Positions 36,201 through 49,500 of a stretch of DNA of 64,000 nt are shown here, piece after piece (the first letter of the stretch is position 1; each line of letters starts with the position of its first letter). The stretch covers positions 806,001 through 870,000 of the forward strand of contig OZ237744.1 in the NCBI GenBank assembly GCA_965178125.1. The letters are read 5' to 3'. This stretch comes from Bilabrum cf. latius (taxonomy: Eukaryota). A program made the position numbers and the translations under genes. The notes beneath the pieces were generated by a model. It searched no databases, was not told the origin of the DNA, and saw only the letters and a program-made list of their open reading frames with translations.

Positions 36201-36652
36201 ATTGTGAAGGTGACGTGGCGAGGCCCCGTGGCCATCAGTGCTCTTGGTGACCCTTCGGTTTCGCCTGCGCGGCGGGCGCGTGACGGCACCTGGTGAGACG
36301 CCGAGCCCTTACGTACGGCGTGGCCAGGTCCAGTGTTTCTGGGCGCGACTGAAGGGTTGCAGGCATCGATGCGCAATAATAACAGCTGCAATCAATTCAT
36401 TTCAAACAAATGATGCACGATGTAGGGGTTACATGCAGCTATCCCCATTTCGAGAGTTGCAGTTGGTTCGAAAGAAACGACCAGTACCAGTCCAGCCGGA
36501 AACTGTAAAATCAGCGATGAAAGCTCCGTCTCGTGGTTCAAAACAAGGTATGAAACATACTCCCATCACTGCTGGGCGATTTCTAACGATCAGACGGCAT
36601 GCTGTGGTCACCCCAGTCGTCACGCACCCTCCTACCATCCTCGACCTGCTGT

Positions 36653-37030
36653 TCAGGCGGTCGTGGGCTTCTTGTCGGCGCCAGGGCGGGCACCAGGGCC
36701 ATCACGGCGCTCGGCCGGGCGGCGGAAGCGGCGCGGGGGCGCTCGGATCCTCCTGGCCTCGCGGTTACGCACGCGCACGATACGCGAGTGCACGGCGCAA
36801 GAGATGCAATGGTAAGACTTCTCGTAGATCTTGGGAAGCTCGTAATCGTTTCCGTAGACAGACGCAGCCTTCATGTCGTTCATAACACCCTGGTCGACCA
36901 AGTTCTTCGTCTTGAAGCGGGCCACGGCCTTGTCCTTGGGGGGGTTGCACTGGCACTTGCCGCAGTTCACGAGGCAAGTCTTGCCACGACCATGGCGGGA
37001 TCGGCCTCCGTTACGGCGCTTCTTGGGCAT
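36653..37030 (-). CDS. RPS26: 40S ribosomal protein S26 (eS26)
   Basis: Motifs MPKKRRNGGRSRHGRG, PKDKAV, LPKIY, CISCAVHSRIVRVR; TGA stop. Confidence 0.97.
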   Translation of the reverse strand: MPKKRRNGGRSRHGRGKTCLVNCGKCQCNPPKDKAVARFKTKNLVDQGVMNDMKAASVYGNDYELPKIYEKSYHCISCAVHSRIVRVRNREARRIRAPPRRFRRPAERRDGPGARPGADKKPTTA

Positions 37031-37393
37031 GTTAAGTTCTGCAACACTTAGAGGGTACGAAAATCGCGGAAAGAAAGATGTAAGTACCACGAGGTGAGGC
37101 GACATCACGAGCACTTCGTCGATACCATCTCAATAGCAGGTATCATGCCTATTTCTATCATTATCTGCCCTATACCAGTTGCAATGAGTATGTAAGGGAA
37201 CAAAAATCGATCCAGACAACTGGCTAGAGGTTTGGTCTCACAACTATCCACGAAAGTGGAAGAAACCTAGAATTTCTGGGCTGTGGTGATCGGATTGGAG
37301 TAGCGTGCTATCACGTGCAAATCTCAATTATCCACAAGGTTGCAACCGGTCTTCACAACTGCACCGACAGAAAAACAGAAAAACACAGTCATC

Positions 37394-38295
37394 ATGCAAC
37401 TAATTCTGGACCCATTGATCAGAAATTGGGTTCTTCTCCCTCTTACGGTTATTATCGTGTTGGTATGTGCCATGAGATTGGTTGCGTTGCAGCTAATTCG
37501 ACCGCAGAAAGCTATGAAGAAACTCGAGGTCGGGCAGCGGCAGCTAGTTGCCAGGTCAAAGCGCCTGCGGGACCGTAGCATGTGGATTGAGAAGTCTGGC
37601 TTTGACATGCGAAAGGTAAGTGCGGCTTATTGATCTCGATAATGATCTAGATTCGCAATAAGAAACATATTCGCCCGCACTGCCATCCACAACAGAGTTG
37701 TCCGCAGCACTATCTGGTTGGTCAGAAAGGGAAGGCATTGCGATAGAAGGACGTCCGTGGTCCACCAGCAAACCCAATGTCAATGCTTGATGGACTGAAA
37801 TCTCAAGCTGTGTTCATGCTATCGAACGTTGGACTAGGCATGCTGATCAATGCTCTATTTGCCGGCTTTGTGCTGGTGAAGCTGCCATTTGGTTTGGCAA
37901 ACCGGTTTAAGGATCTGACATAGCGTGATATACGCCTCCCATCTTTGGAGGCGTCGTATGTGACGTCGTTCTCGTGGTACATGATGGTCATCTACGGCAC
38001 CCGCGGCCTGATCGAGCTGTTCATGGGAAGCGCCAGCACTGCAGCTCTAGACGAGGCACAAATGGCGCAGGCGAGGATGGGACTTATGGGTGGGGGTGGT
38101 GCAGGGTAGTACAACCCCGCGCAAGCATTTGCGCAGGAGAAGGTGAACCTGAAACTGAGCAAAGCCAGGCCCAGCATGACTGCCGGGTCATGCAAGCGGC
38201 TGCAGCAGGCCAAGGAGAGGGGGCAGTGGACCAAGTGGACGCAGCAGTGCGCACTGGAAGCATCAGATGCGTGCGATGCTAGGTTTTCATTCTGA
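37394..38295 (+). CDS. EMC3: ER membrane protein complex subunit 3
   Basis: Motifs LILDPLIRNWVLLPL and FAGFVLVKLPFGLANRFKDLT[TAG]RDI...YVTSFSWY. Intron 37616-37707; TAG at 37744, 37921, 38107; TGA 38293-38295. Confidence 0.92.
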
Positions 38296-38416
38296 ATGCT
38301 CGATCGATAGCAACAAGCGAGCTTGGGAAGCCACAATTTGCGTTCAGAACTGCATGCACTGCACACATTACAATACAAACGCCACCGATCGGATCCAAGC
38401 GATCGAAGCAGACTCA

Positions 38417-39469
38417 TCAGCGCAAATAGGAAGCGCCATTCACATCGATCACCGTCCCAGTCGCGAAGGGGGCCCTGCCAGACGCCAGGAACTCCACAGC
38501 AGCCGCTACCTCGCCGGGCCTCGCGACCCTTCCCCAGCTGCTCTGCGCCTTGACCGCCGGCCCCCTCGCAGGATCCGCAAGCACCCCGGCCGCCATAGGG
38601 GTCGCCACGAATCCAGGAGCCACGGCCGTGACCACGACACCCAGCCCGCCCAGCCGCTGCGCGAGGGACTGTGTCGCGCTAATGAGGGCGGCTTTGTGCG
38701 CGCCGTACGCCACTGCGTTGGGCTCCCCGCGGTATGCGCCTCGGCTGGCGACATTCACGATTGAGCCCGAGGCTGTGGCGGCGATTCCTCCTCGCTTCAG
38801 CTCCGTGTCGCGATGGCGAGACTGGACGAGCTTGGCGAACTGACGGGACAGGGCCAGAGGAGCCGCCAGGTTGACGGCAAGCGAGCGAGCGAGAACGCCG
38901 TCCCAGTCTTCCTTGCCGCTGGAGAGCATGTCTACCTCTTCGTACAGGCCAGCATTGTTAATGAGAATGTCAAGCTTCTGCTGGCCTTTCGATTGGGAGC
39001 GAATCAACCCATCTGAACTTTGTACAAGGCAATCCAGATCCGCACAGCTGCTTGCGTCCGACTTGCTTCCCTTCGCTGCACCCGTGTCCAGCGATAATGA
39101 AGGCGTGAATCGACAGCCGATTATCGGGAATACTTGATCGTTTGAAACGCGGACGGCCATGCACTGGTCTTTTGTTTCACTGGCCCCCGCCTAGTTGCTG
39201 CCGAAGTGGATTACAACCGAGTAGCCTCTTTTAGCCATCTCAACACATACAGCGCGCCCTATTCCAGACGATGCTCCTGTTACGAGTGCACCCTTTGGGG
39301 CTGCTTTCTGGTCGTCGCAATCCCCTCGGAACAACTTGCCTGTGGAGCTGCTCGATTGCAAGGCACCCTTCCGGGCCCTCATCCACAAGCCAAAAATAGC
39401 GCCAATCAAGGCACCACCAGCTACTGCTCCACACAGAAACTACGGGAAGCCGTTTTTTGCGCTTGACAT
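38417..39469 (-). CDS. Short-chain dehydrogenase/reductase with N-terminal hydrophobic anchor
   Basis: Motifs ALVTGASSGIG, LINNAG, IVNVAS, YGAHK, VAPGFVATPM, IDVNGASY. TAG at 39440 and 39191 (between the Rossmann motif and catalytic half); ends TGA TGA. Confidence 0.92.
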
Positions 39470-39673
39470 GCTTTCTAGCCGTTTGATGAAAGTGCTACTG
39501 GGCAAGAGGCTGCGTTCAAGATGCTCGCACTCGGAATGCGACGAACTGCAACTGCGTGCCTGCGACACTTGATGACTGGGCATAACCAAGACCCATCCTG
39601 GAATTCGACGGTAATTCTAGATTCTCCCCAACTTAAGCTGGTGCATTATTTGGAACTGGGGTGAACTGTTCCA

Positions 39674-41677
39674 ATGGGTTCCATTAGCCCAGCAGTGGAC
39701 CCGCCTCCAGTGCATGCCCGACAGGCTAGCACTGATGCGGTACTTTCGTTTAATAGCTTGAGCTCAGACTCGATCGTGGGTCTTGGAATGCCATCATATG
39801 GACGGCCTAGGTGCGCCAAGTGGGTAGTAGCAGTATGCAGCCTTGCATTTGCGTCGAGCATCGGTGCTGACTACGTATGGTTCATGTCAAATATTATAAA
39901 TACCAAGGATGAGGCCGTTAGACTCATGAGAACGCAGCACGGGCTATGGATGGGAGTCGTTGCCGGTGCGAGTCTGATGCTTCCCCTCGTTCTGGCTTTG
40001 ATTCTCAATCTGCTAGGGTGCTGCTTCGCCTGCGGGCAGAAACTCATCGAAGGAAACGGGTCTGGTGTTGGAGCTGCCCGACAGAAGGCAATGGCACACA
40101 GCGCATTCGACGTGGTCGGCCATGTGGGCCGCGTGATCCTCTCCCCGGTGCAGCCACTCGCCGTCGTGCTCATACCACTGGACGACCAGGGCAGGGTGGA
40201 TCCCAGGCAGTTCTTGCGGCTGTCATTCGACTCGTTCATTGCAAGCACCATATTTGTGGGGTTTCACATAACGGCCCAGCTGCTGGTGCAGGCACGCGTG
40301 CAGGTAGAGACGGATGGTCTTGCGGATGTGTGCTACGTGATTTGTCTAGTATTTGGTCTGATGGTGCTCAGCGTGCGGTTTCCCATAATGGACTTGTACA
40401 TTGGAGCAGGTAGGGACACGGATTTAAACCAAAGGCTGGTCCGACCAAGGGGCAGCGTTGTCGTGAATGCCTTGGTGCTGAGCTTTGCCGCCCTGCACTG
40501 CTTCTGCGGGGCTGGAATCGCCATCCTAGCCTTCAGTCTGTTCAGAAATACGTACCACGTTAGAGATGGCCACGGGATCCATATCCTGGCACGGCGGCAG
40601 GGGAGTGATTTCAGCGACGTGGCCCCGAGTGGAGCGTTTGAGGAACGGGCCGGGGAACACGCCGGGGAACAAACCGACGATCGTGTCAGTGGTGATCTTG
40701 GTGCCTCCTTTGGTGCATCCCAGGCGTACGGCCTCACCCCCTTGGTCCAGGCGGGAGTGTTCGGGTCGTACGCGCTGGTGGCCGCGATGCAGCTCGCTTA
40801 CTTGCACACGTTCGGTGACATGGGAATCGCGGGCGGTTGGAATGCGTGGCGGTCCACGACGTAGGGCCGCAGCTGCTTGGAGCTGACGTATCGATTCGTG
40901 TCGCTCGTCCTGCTGCTGCCCTTGATGTGCTCCATGCTGGCACTCATCTGCCCCGGCCTCGCGCTGCTTACCCGCATACTTTCAGGTGCTCTTTTTGACT
41001 CCGGAACGAGGTACAGGTACGTACGGGGCGAGGTGGGCGCGATTTGGGACATCCACGGCCACGCGACGCTGGGCCAGGGTCTTGCCCAGTCAGTCGTGAT
41101 CTTTGCCGGAAGCGTCGCAGCTCTCGTGGACTTTGAGCTCCGCGCCGTGCCGCCCCCTCCCATTGCCCAATGGATCATTCTCGTGGTTTCAGTCGCTTCT
41201 GCGATGCTCGTCATCGTGAACGCGTTTCTTGTCGCGGTCCTGCGACCGGCTGGCTGTTGCGGATGGTCGCACGAGGGTATGATGCATGCCATCTAGACTT
41301 GTGAAACTCCCTGCTGCAAATAGCTTTTAGGGACGGTATTTTTGGACGGGACTGAAACAGTAGGTTCCCAGGGCGATGATGCACGCAGAAACGGAAATTC
41401 CTCGGCGTCGCAGCGCCTGCTCAACGGAGCCAGCGTGAACCGACCGGCAGGTACTGCGGCCGGACAGCTCCACCACCCCGGAGATTCACGGCAACGCGAT
41501 GATAGGATGGAAAACCTGCTTGAGCGACTTGCAGAAGAAAGTAGTGACTCCGGCATGAGCTGTGGAGGGGCTGGAACCCCGAGTAGCATAGATTCGCCTC
41601 GGCGTGCTATCGCTAGCACCAACGAATTAGGCAGAACCAAGAGCTCCCTGCAGATGATCACGCTCACCGACGCCTGA
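39674..41677 (+). CDS. Multi-pass membrane protein of unknown function
   Basis: Many hydrophobic segments; ORFs 39674, 40877 and 41342 join in one frame through TAGs at 40862, 41294, 41321; TGA stop. Confidence 0.7.
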
Positions 41678-41889
41678 CCTCGAGTCTGCGTCTGGTCTGG
41701 CATGCTATCAGAGCACAGGCCCTTCGGTGACGGCCAGCGATGCGCCCTCAGGCTGCAGACGTCCAGGCAGGCTCCGGATCCTGTGATGTTGCTTCGGCAC
41801 CGTTTGCGTTTGTTGTTGTTCAAAGACGCACTCAAGGACAAATTTGCCACTTGAATGGTTCTGACATCCTGAAAATACCTTGTACGTTC

Positions 41890-44800
41890 ATGGCACATGC
41901 AGCAAAGCACCTGAAGTAGAATATTTGCGGAGCACTCTTGGCCGGATTCCTTTCGACAGCGAATGCCATCCACATATCCGATGCCATGGCGCGAAGTGGA
42001 CCCCAAATCATGATGTCTAGTGCAAGCTATGTAAACACTTGTAATGGTGAGCATGCCTGCTTATTGTATTCATATGAATCGAAGCGAACCTTTTAAATTG
42101 CACAAGAGCGGTTCATCACTTACAAATTTCTTGCAGCCACCTGGTTCGCCACTCGAGGCCCCAGCTCCATCGGCATCGGTGTCCATGCCACTCGAGACAA
42201 GCGTGTCATCGACTCTGCCGATGCCGCGGCGCGCCCGTCTCCTGATGGCGCTGACCTGGCCGGCTGCGAGCTGGTGCCCATCCCATGGACCCCTCGGGTC
42301 CCAGGCAACATGTCTCGGTGGCAGTGGGGCGGGGCCATGCCTGGGGGTATTGGAGGTGCGATGGGTCCGATCGCGGCGTGCAGGCAGAACGGCACTGACG
42401 GCGCTTCTGCGGCCATCGAGGAGTGTCTGGTGAACGCGACGCTGTCGGCTCCGATGGACGGGAGGTACCCGGCTGCAGCATCCCCGCAGGAGGCCCCATA
42501 TGCTGTGGGTGTGTCTCCTCGGAGCAGCGCGTTGTTGCCTCCGACTCGATCAGTGGAGCCGTGGACGACGGAGGAGTGGGTATTCCTCTTCCAGCAGGAC
42601 GGTGATATAGGCGATTGGCAGACTGGCGAGCTCTTGACAGGATCGTACCAGAGATACCGGGGAATATCGTCAGTGGGTGAATCCAAGCATCCGTGGGCGC
42701 CCACCTATTACAGCGCATTTCTGAACGCAGTTTCCTTTGGGCAGTACGTCGTTTTTGCCCCGTTCCGAGACCCGATAACGGACTTGTACCGGAGAGTAGG
42801 GACTGCGTATCTTCCCATGGTGTCTTGCGGTGCAGCTGTGCTGACCGATGTGTGCACTCCTGCAGGTGTACCAATCGCACCAAATGATACGTGCAGATAG
42901 GCCACAATGTGGCACAAAGTTCGGGCGAATGTGTCCAAATAGGCGTGCGAGCTGCACCCAGCGTAGCCGTCTGCTGCAGCCGCTTAGACATTCCCAATAA
43001 ACAATGGCTTGGCATCGAGCGTTATCAAGGATGTGCTGGTGTCCCACATCCCCAACCCACCAGGTACTACTTCATACCCATTTCCAGTGTCTGGAGCAGG
43101 TGTCGACAACAGGTGGCATCAGCTAGTCACCGTGGTGTATCCGCCTGGGACCGTGGCAATTATGTCGGTGCAGAGCGACGGAGACAGGACAACATTTCCA
43201 CCGCTGCAATACCCTTGGCAACTGAATCGTGGGTACGTGGTGCAGACGATGATGAACATAGCCCAGATTCCTGCTCTTTTTTCGCCTAACGCTGATGCGC
43301 AGTACAGCTACTCAGATGCTGGTTCCATGGTATGCGACAAAGGTGGATACGTGCAGACGCATGGCATGCCCAGCAATTTCACTTTCGACGCCTTTGTGTC
43401 CGCCCAGGTCATCTTGGACGATCCATCCTGTGTCGCCACGCAGACATGCAGTCCCGTGGCTCCCAGGAACCAGACACCTGGCAGCCCCGCCGTGTAGCAG
43501 GCCGTGAAGGACTGGATCAGGGATGTGTACTGGAAGCAGCCCATAGGCACTCGCATCCCACGCTTCGGATGCGCTGTTGACTACTTCATGCCGCCGTATG
43601 ACAACATATTCAGTATATTTGATCTGGTGCACATGGACTACCCCGCTGCAGCCTCCACCCGCATGGCCACCATCGGAGGATATGGCATGCCGGACCAGGC
43701 CCCAGCCAGAGGGACATGGAATGCGTCATCTAGCCATTCCACAACTACCAGTAGTATCCCAAGCTCAAAGGAAAAGTAGCGTCCTTCTGGCAGAATCGAT
43801 TCAAGCAGGATTCCCTGGCGACCTGTGCGACCAGCCGATCCAAACGGCCCTCAGCCATTACCGCGAGATCGGCCCGTGCTGTAGGGGCCCAAGGCCAGGT
43901 ACAGGGGTGCGGCGCTCTGGAGGCTGACGGCGCCGCCCGTCAACAAGTCCCTGCCGGCCATCCAGGGCGGGTACTGGACATGCATGGAGACGTCGCCGCT
44001 GGGCGCGTTCTTCATGCGTCCTGTGTGTCGGGCGGAGTGTTTGGATCCGTCGCGCGTGGCCGTGGACGTGGGCCTGCAGCGGCGGGCTGGCGATGGGTCT
44101 GGGCATGATGCGGGTCAGCATGGCATGTCTCTGGTGGCATCGCTGGCGCGTCCGTGGCTGTCGGCGTGGGGCGGGTATCCGTCGCTGGTGCAGAGCGAGA
44201 GCGTGGTGCCTCGATCGGACCGTCAGGGCGGGGGCATGGTGGCATCGTTCGGGAGCTGGTCTGGGTGGGGCGCGTGGCATGCGCCTCGGTACAGGCTGGG
44301 AGACGAGGTGGAGACGGACATGCGGTGCGTGCGCGACGTGGGCAGCAGCGTGTCGTGGCAGTCATTGTGGGCGCAGCGGGAGCCGACGAGCCGCGCGGAC
44401 GTGTGGCTGACTCTGTCATTCGACCGCGGCTACTGGCCAGCGGCATAGTCCAGCTCGGTGGGGGATGTGGGTCTGGACTACCCTCAGCCCACAGCGGCGC
44501 AGGTGCGTCGGCTGGAGGCGGAGGTGTCGGCCGACGTGGGCGACTTGCTGGGCGAGGTGGACTGGACTGCGCGCGGGCGGGGCGTGGAGGTGGGGATCGG
44601 GGAGCGTGTGAACAGGACAGCAGGCAACGACACGGTGGTGGCGCGACTGCAGACGCGGTCGATCGAGAGTCGCGTGATGTGGGTGCGGGCGCCTGGGCGT
44701 GTGGGTGTGGACTCGTTCCCGATGCATGTGCGTGTGCAAGTGTCTCTGAAGGAGCTGGCAGCAGTGCTGTATCCTTCATCTGTGAGTGGTGGCGTGCAGC

Positions 44801-46566
44801 GTGGTCGGTCGGCCGGGACACTTGCTCAGTAGCTGGTGGGCATTTTGCGCGGGCATCGTCCCGGGGCGGAGGGGGGAGCGTGGCTACCGGCGGTGGACGC
44901 AGGGAGTGTGTCATACCGCGTGCGTCTGCCTTGCTTGTCGGGCGGATATGGGTCGGATGCTCGTGAGTGCGGGGCGGTAGGCGCGGGATCATGGGTGAGC
45001 GCGTCTGGCGGGGTGTAGCTGGGGGTGTTGTTTATGCTGATTGTAGGTGTGTTTGGGGTAGTCGCAGGCTGGTGGATGCGTGGCTAGTACCTCAAGGACC
45101 GCATCGCAGTTGCAAATAGGAAGCCACTGCTGTCTGTTGCCTCCTCCAGAACACCAGACTCAGTAGAACATAGACTTAGGCTGGCTGATGCAGGGTCTTA
45201 CAGTAGATCAGAAGAGGAATTGACCTCATTTTCATGGAGATATGCACAGCTGTGTGGTGGGTTGGTGGGTGTGTTGAGTCTGTGGCGCTGGGCGCAGTAT
45301 GTTTGCCTTGGTGTCCTTCTTTTGTCCGTCAGGCTGAGCGGCCCCGGAACGTTGGTATTGATAGGCCTGCTGGTCGCTATTATAGGCCGAGAAGCCTTGC
45401 AATGGCTCTATGGCGGGACATTGTACAGCGGTAGCGAGTTGTCTGATGAGCTCTTGGCCATGGACGAGATCTCGCGGCCGGGGTTGCGCACGAGTTCATC
45501 TGGTCTCGGGTCAGTTCCAAGAATAATTCGCCACCGGAGAACAAGCGAGCTTTGGAAGTCCTCGGATGAACCAGTCGGTGCCAGGTTGTCGAGATAGACG
45601 GGTGGTGCCAAGGGCTCGAGCTACGCCCACAATGATATTATCTCGGCATCGCCGTCTTCGCCAAACGAACAGTCTACGGATGGTAGTTTGAACGAGTAGG
45701 ACGAAGATGACCCAGTTTTTCGCCTTTTTTCATAGCAAGGTAGTTCAATGTTCAAGAATCCAGGCGGTCCTGGACGGCTATAGACCAACGGCCGCTCGTA
45801 GGCAGCTGGATCTCAGCCTGATGACCTGGTGCTTGGCTGGAGGTAGTCTACTTAGGGCGCTGACACAACCCTCAGCAGCTTCAGTCGCGATGAATCTATA
45901 CCGTCGCAAGAAAAGGACTTCCAATTAGACTAGGATTGCTCCATAGAAGACTTGGAGATCGAGCTCCCTGGGGTAGCGGGCGCAGATGAGACCGTGGAGC
46001 CCAGTAGACCAGCGCCGGTGGCCGTCACGCGGCGAGCAACGCGACTAGTACCCGGAATTCTCGCTGCACACATGGGCAGGCACCTGGGTGCAAGTATTCT
46101 TGTCAGACTCTTGTCGGCGATTCAGTGGGACGCCTTCCAGCTGCTGTGGAGTGGCGCAGCGGAGTCGCTAGATCCAGTTGCTCCGTATTTACGCAAACTC
46201 GCAAGGGAGGGGTTGGCCAGTGGTGACATGGCTCCTCCGAGCCGACAATTTCTAATGCGAGCGCTTGGGTTGGCGTGGTTAGAGCGTACATCATCGTGGT
46301 TTCGATCGCTGGAAGACGCCTGCGTGGCTTTTGCTGTTGCCTGGTCGGCCCTGTGTGCCTTTGGGATCTGTAAGTGGTAGCAATGCATGGTGTCCTAGGC
46401 TGCTTCTCCTGAGGCGATTGCGTTCATAGCCACTGCACCAGAGCTTTATTGGGAGCATCTCGTTGGGGCCACTGCGACAACAGCGATTCTGACTCTAGCG
46501 CTGATGGTTGCATCATGCTGTTGGACAGTTTGGATGCATTCGCAAGCGTGCATGCGGTGGCAATGA
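41890..46566 (+). CDS. Variable surface/membrane protein family, copy A
   Basis: Signal-peptide exon 41890-42046, intron 42047-42136, then one frame broken only by TAGs to TGA 46564-46566. Cys-containing ectodomain followed by several TM segments. Confidence 0.8.
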
Positions 46567-46583
46567 AACAGGCAAATGAAACT

Positions 46584-49500
46584 TTAGCGTGTGGACACAA
46601 CAGTCACCGTCCAAACCACCGACAGCACAAGCGCCACACCCGACAGCCCCACAATCCACACCGTCGTGCCCACCACATGATCCCAGTACAGCGATGGGTC
46701 TGTTGCCAACATCGCCATCGCTGACTAAGACAGGCGCTGCCCAACCACGCACTGCCGCCACCCACATGCCCCCGAAGCGCAAGCCAAAGCCCAGCTGAAG
46801 CCCCCGATCACACACGCATCTTCCAAGCCACGGAACCACGCAGCCGCCCCGTCCACCCAGCTGGCCCCGACAAGTCTCAGGACGCGCTGCCGCTCACTGC
46901 ACGGGCTCCAAGCACCAGCCGTCTCACGATGCTGGTCGTACCGCCTGTGAGCCAGCGGATCGAGGGCTTCGGATGCGCCGGACCAGAGGAGCTGCAGAGC
47001 ATCCCACTGCAGCGTGGCAAGAAATCGCACCAGGATGGTAGCTCCGATGTGCTGGCTGGCATGCTGCCGAAGCGCCCTAGAAATAGCAAGGACGGGGCTT
47101 CTGCCAGCCGGCTTATGCGGGTGGCTGACCATACTGCGCACTATTCGAGAAGCTGCAGGCTCTTGACCTAGGTTAGCGGGCTCTTCAGTGCTGCCATCGG
47201 CACTGCTTGAGTCCATTGAGTTATGCCAGTGCCCTCGTGACAAACTGCCAGCTACCGCCCCAATGCCCATTTCACCTTCACTGGAGGAATCTGACGATGC
47301 TTCGAACACCGATGTGAAAGCCTCGATGACCTTGTCGTTAGCTTGCTAGTTTGAGCTCCACTCCGTCGAAGTCGCCCGCACTGCAAAATCATCTTCAGGT
47401 ACGGATGACGCTTCACCGACATTCGGTTCGCCAGAGTTACTCGATGACTACCTGTGCTTGCGGCTAGAATTAAACTAGCGCGTAAGCCCTGCTCTAGTCC
47501 CACCGGCCTTGGGGCGTGATTTACATGGCAGCTGGAGCTCTGGTGCAACAGCTGGCGACTGCCTTGTTGCAGGGGTCAATGCCCCTACTGAAAGCAGCGG
47601 AATGGGCAGGATCAGCACACGAAGGATGCTTGATACCACGATGCCCCCGAGCACCAGCAGCCCAGGGCTGCTCAGACGGACATTCACCAACACCACGCCA
47701 AGACTTACATACTGCGCCCAGCGCCACAGACTCAACACACCCACCAGCCCACCACACAGCTGGCCACAGCGCAACGGCTCACCAACCAAGGCTGCACAGC
47801 GCCATCCTGACTCTGATTGGCCCCCTGCAGCATCAGTGCCACTGTGCTCGCTGCTGCGATGCTGGATGCTCACACCCGCTGTCAGATTCGACACGGGAGT
47901 ACTAGCAAAGCTGCGGTCGCTCTCCGCACCTGGTAACCACTCGCCAACCAGCAATGGTGCCGTCAATGACCGCGAGTGGCGCTCATGCAGATACCGACCA
48001 CGCATCCACCAGCCTGTGACTACCCCAAACACACCTACAATCAGCATAAACAACACCCCCAGCTACACCCCGCCAGACACGCTCACCCATGATCCCGCGC
48101 CTACCGCCCCGCACTCACGAGCATCCGACCCATATCTGCCCGACAAGCAAGGCAGACGCACGCGGTATGACACACTCCCTGCGTCCACCGCCGGCAGCCA
48201 CGCTCCCCCCTTCGCCCCGGGACGATGCCCGCGCAAAATGCCCACCAGCTACTGAGCAAGTGTCCCGGCCGACCGACCACGCTGCACGCCACCACTCACA
48301 GACGAAGGATACAACACTGCTCCCAGCTCCTTCAGAGACACTTGCACACGCACATGCATCGGGAACGAGTCCACACCCACACGCCCAGGCGCCCGCACCC
48401 ACATCACGCGACTCTCGATCGACCGCGTCTGCAGTCGCGCCACCACCGTGTCGTTGCCTGCTGTCCTGTTCACACGCTCCCCGATCCCCACCTCCACGCC
48501 CCGCCCGCGCACAGTCCAGTCCACCTCGCCCAGCAAGTCGCCCACGTCGGCCGACACCTCCGCCTCCAGCCGACGCACCTGCGCCGCTGTGGGCTGAGGG
48601 TAGTCCAGACCCACATCCCCCACCGAGCTGGACTACGCCGCTGGCCAGTAGCTGCGGTCGAATGACAGAGTCAGCCACACGTCCGCGCGGCTCGTCGGCT
48701 CCCGCTGCGCCCACAGCGACTGCCACGACACGCTGCTGCCCACGTCGCGCACGCACCGCATGTCCGTCTCCACCTCGTCTCCCAGCCTGTACCGAGGCGC
48801 ATGCCACGCGCCCCACCCAGACCAGCTCCCGAACGATGCCACCATGCCTCCGCCCTGACGGTCCGATCGAGGCACCACGCTCTCGCTCTGCACCAGCGAC
48901 GGATACCCGCCCCACGCCGACAGCCACGGACGCGCCAGCGATGCCACCAGAGACATGCCATGCTGACCCGCATCATGCCCAGACCCATCGCCAGCCCGCC
49001 GCTGCAGGCCCACGTCCACGGCCACACGCGACGGATCCAAACACTCCGCCCGACACACAGGACGCATGAAGAACGCGCCCAGCGGCGACGTCTCCATGCA
49101 TGTCCAGTACCCGCCCTGGATGGCCGGCAGGGACTTGTTGACGGGCGGCGCCGTCAGCCTCCAGAGCGCCGCACCCCTGTACCTGGCCTTGGGCCCCTAC
49201 AGCACGGGCCGGTCGGGCGACAGGGGCTGAGGGCCGTCTGGATCGGCTGGTCGCACAGGTCGCCAGGGAATCCTGCTTGAATCGATTCTGCCAGAAGGAC
49301 GCTACTTTTCCTTTGAGCTTGGGATACTACTGGTAGTTGTGGAATGACTAGATGACGCATTCCATGTCCCTCTGGCTGGGGCCTGGTCCGGCATGCCATA
49401 TCCTCCGATGGCGGCCATGCGGGTGGAGGCTGCAGCGGGGTAGTCCATGTGCACAGGTGCGACTGATGGAGGAATCAATAAACCAGATGGATAGCCATCT

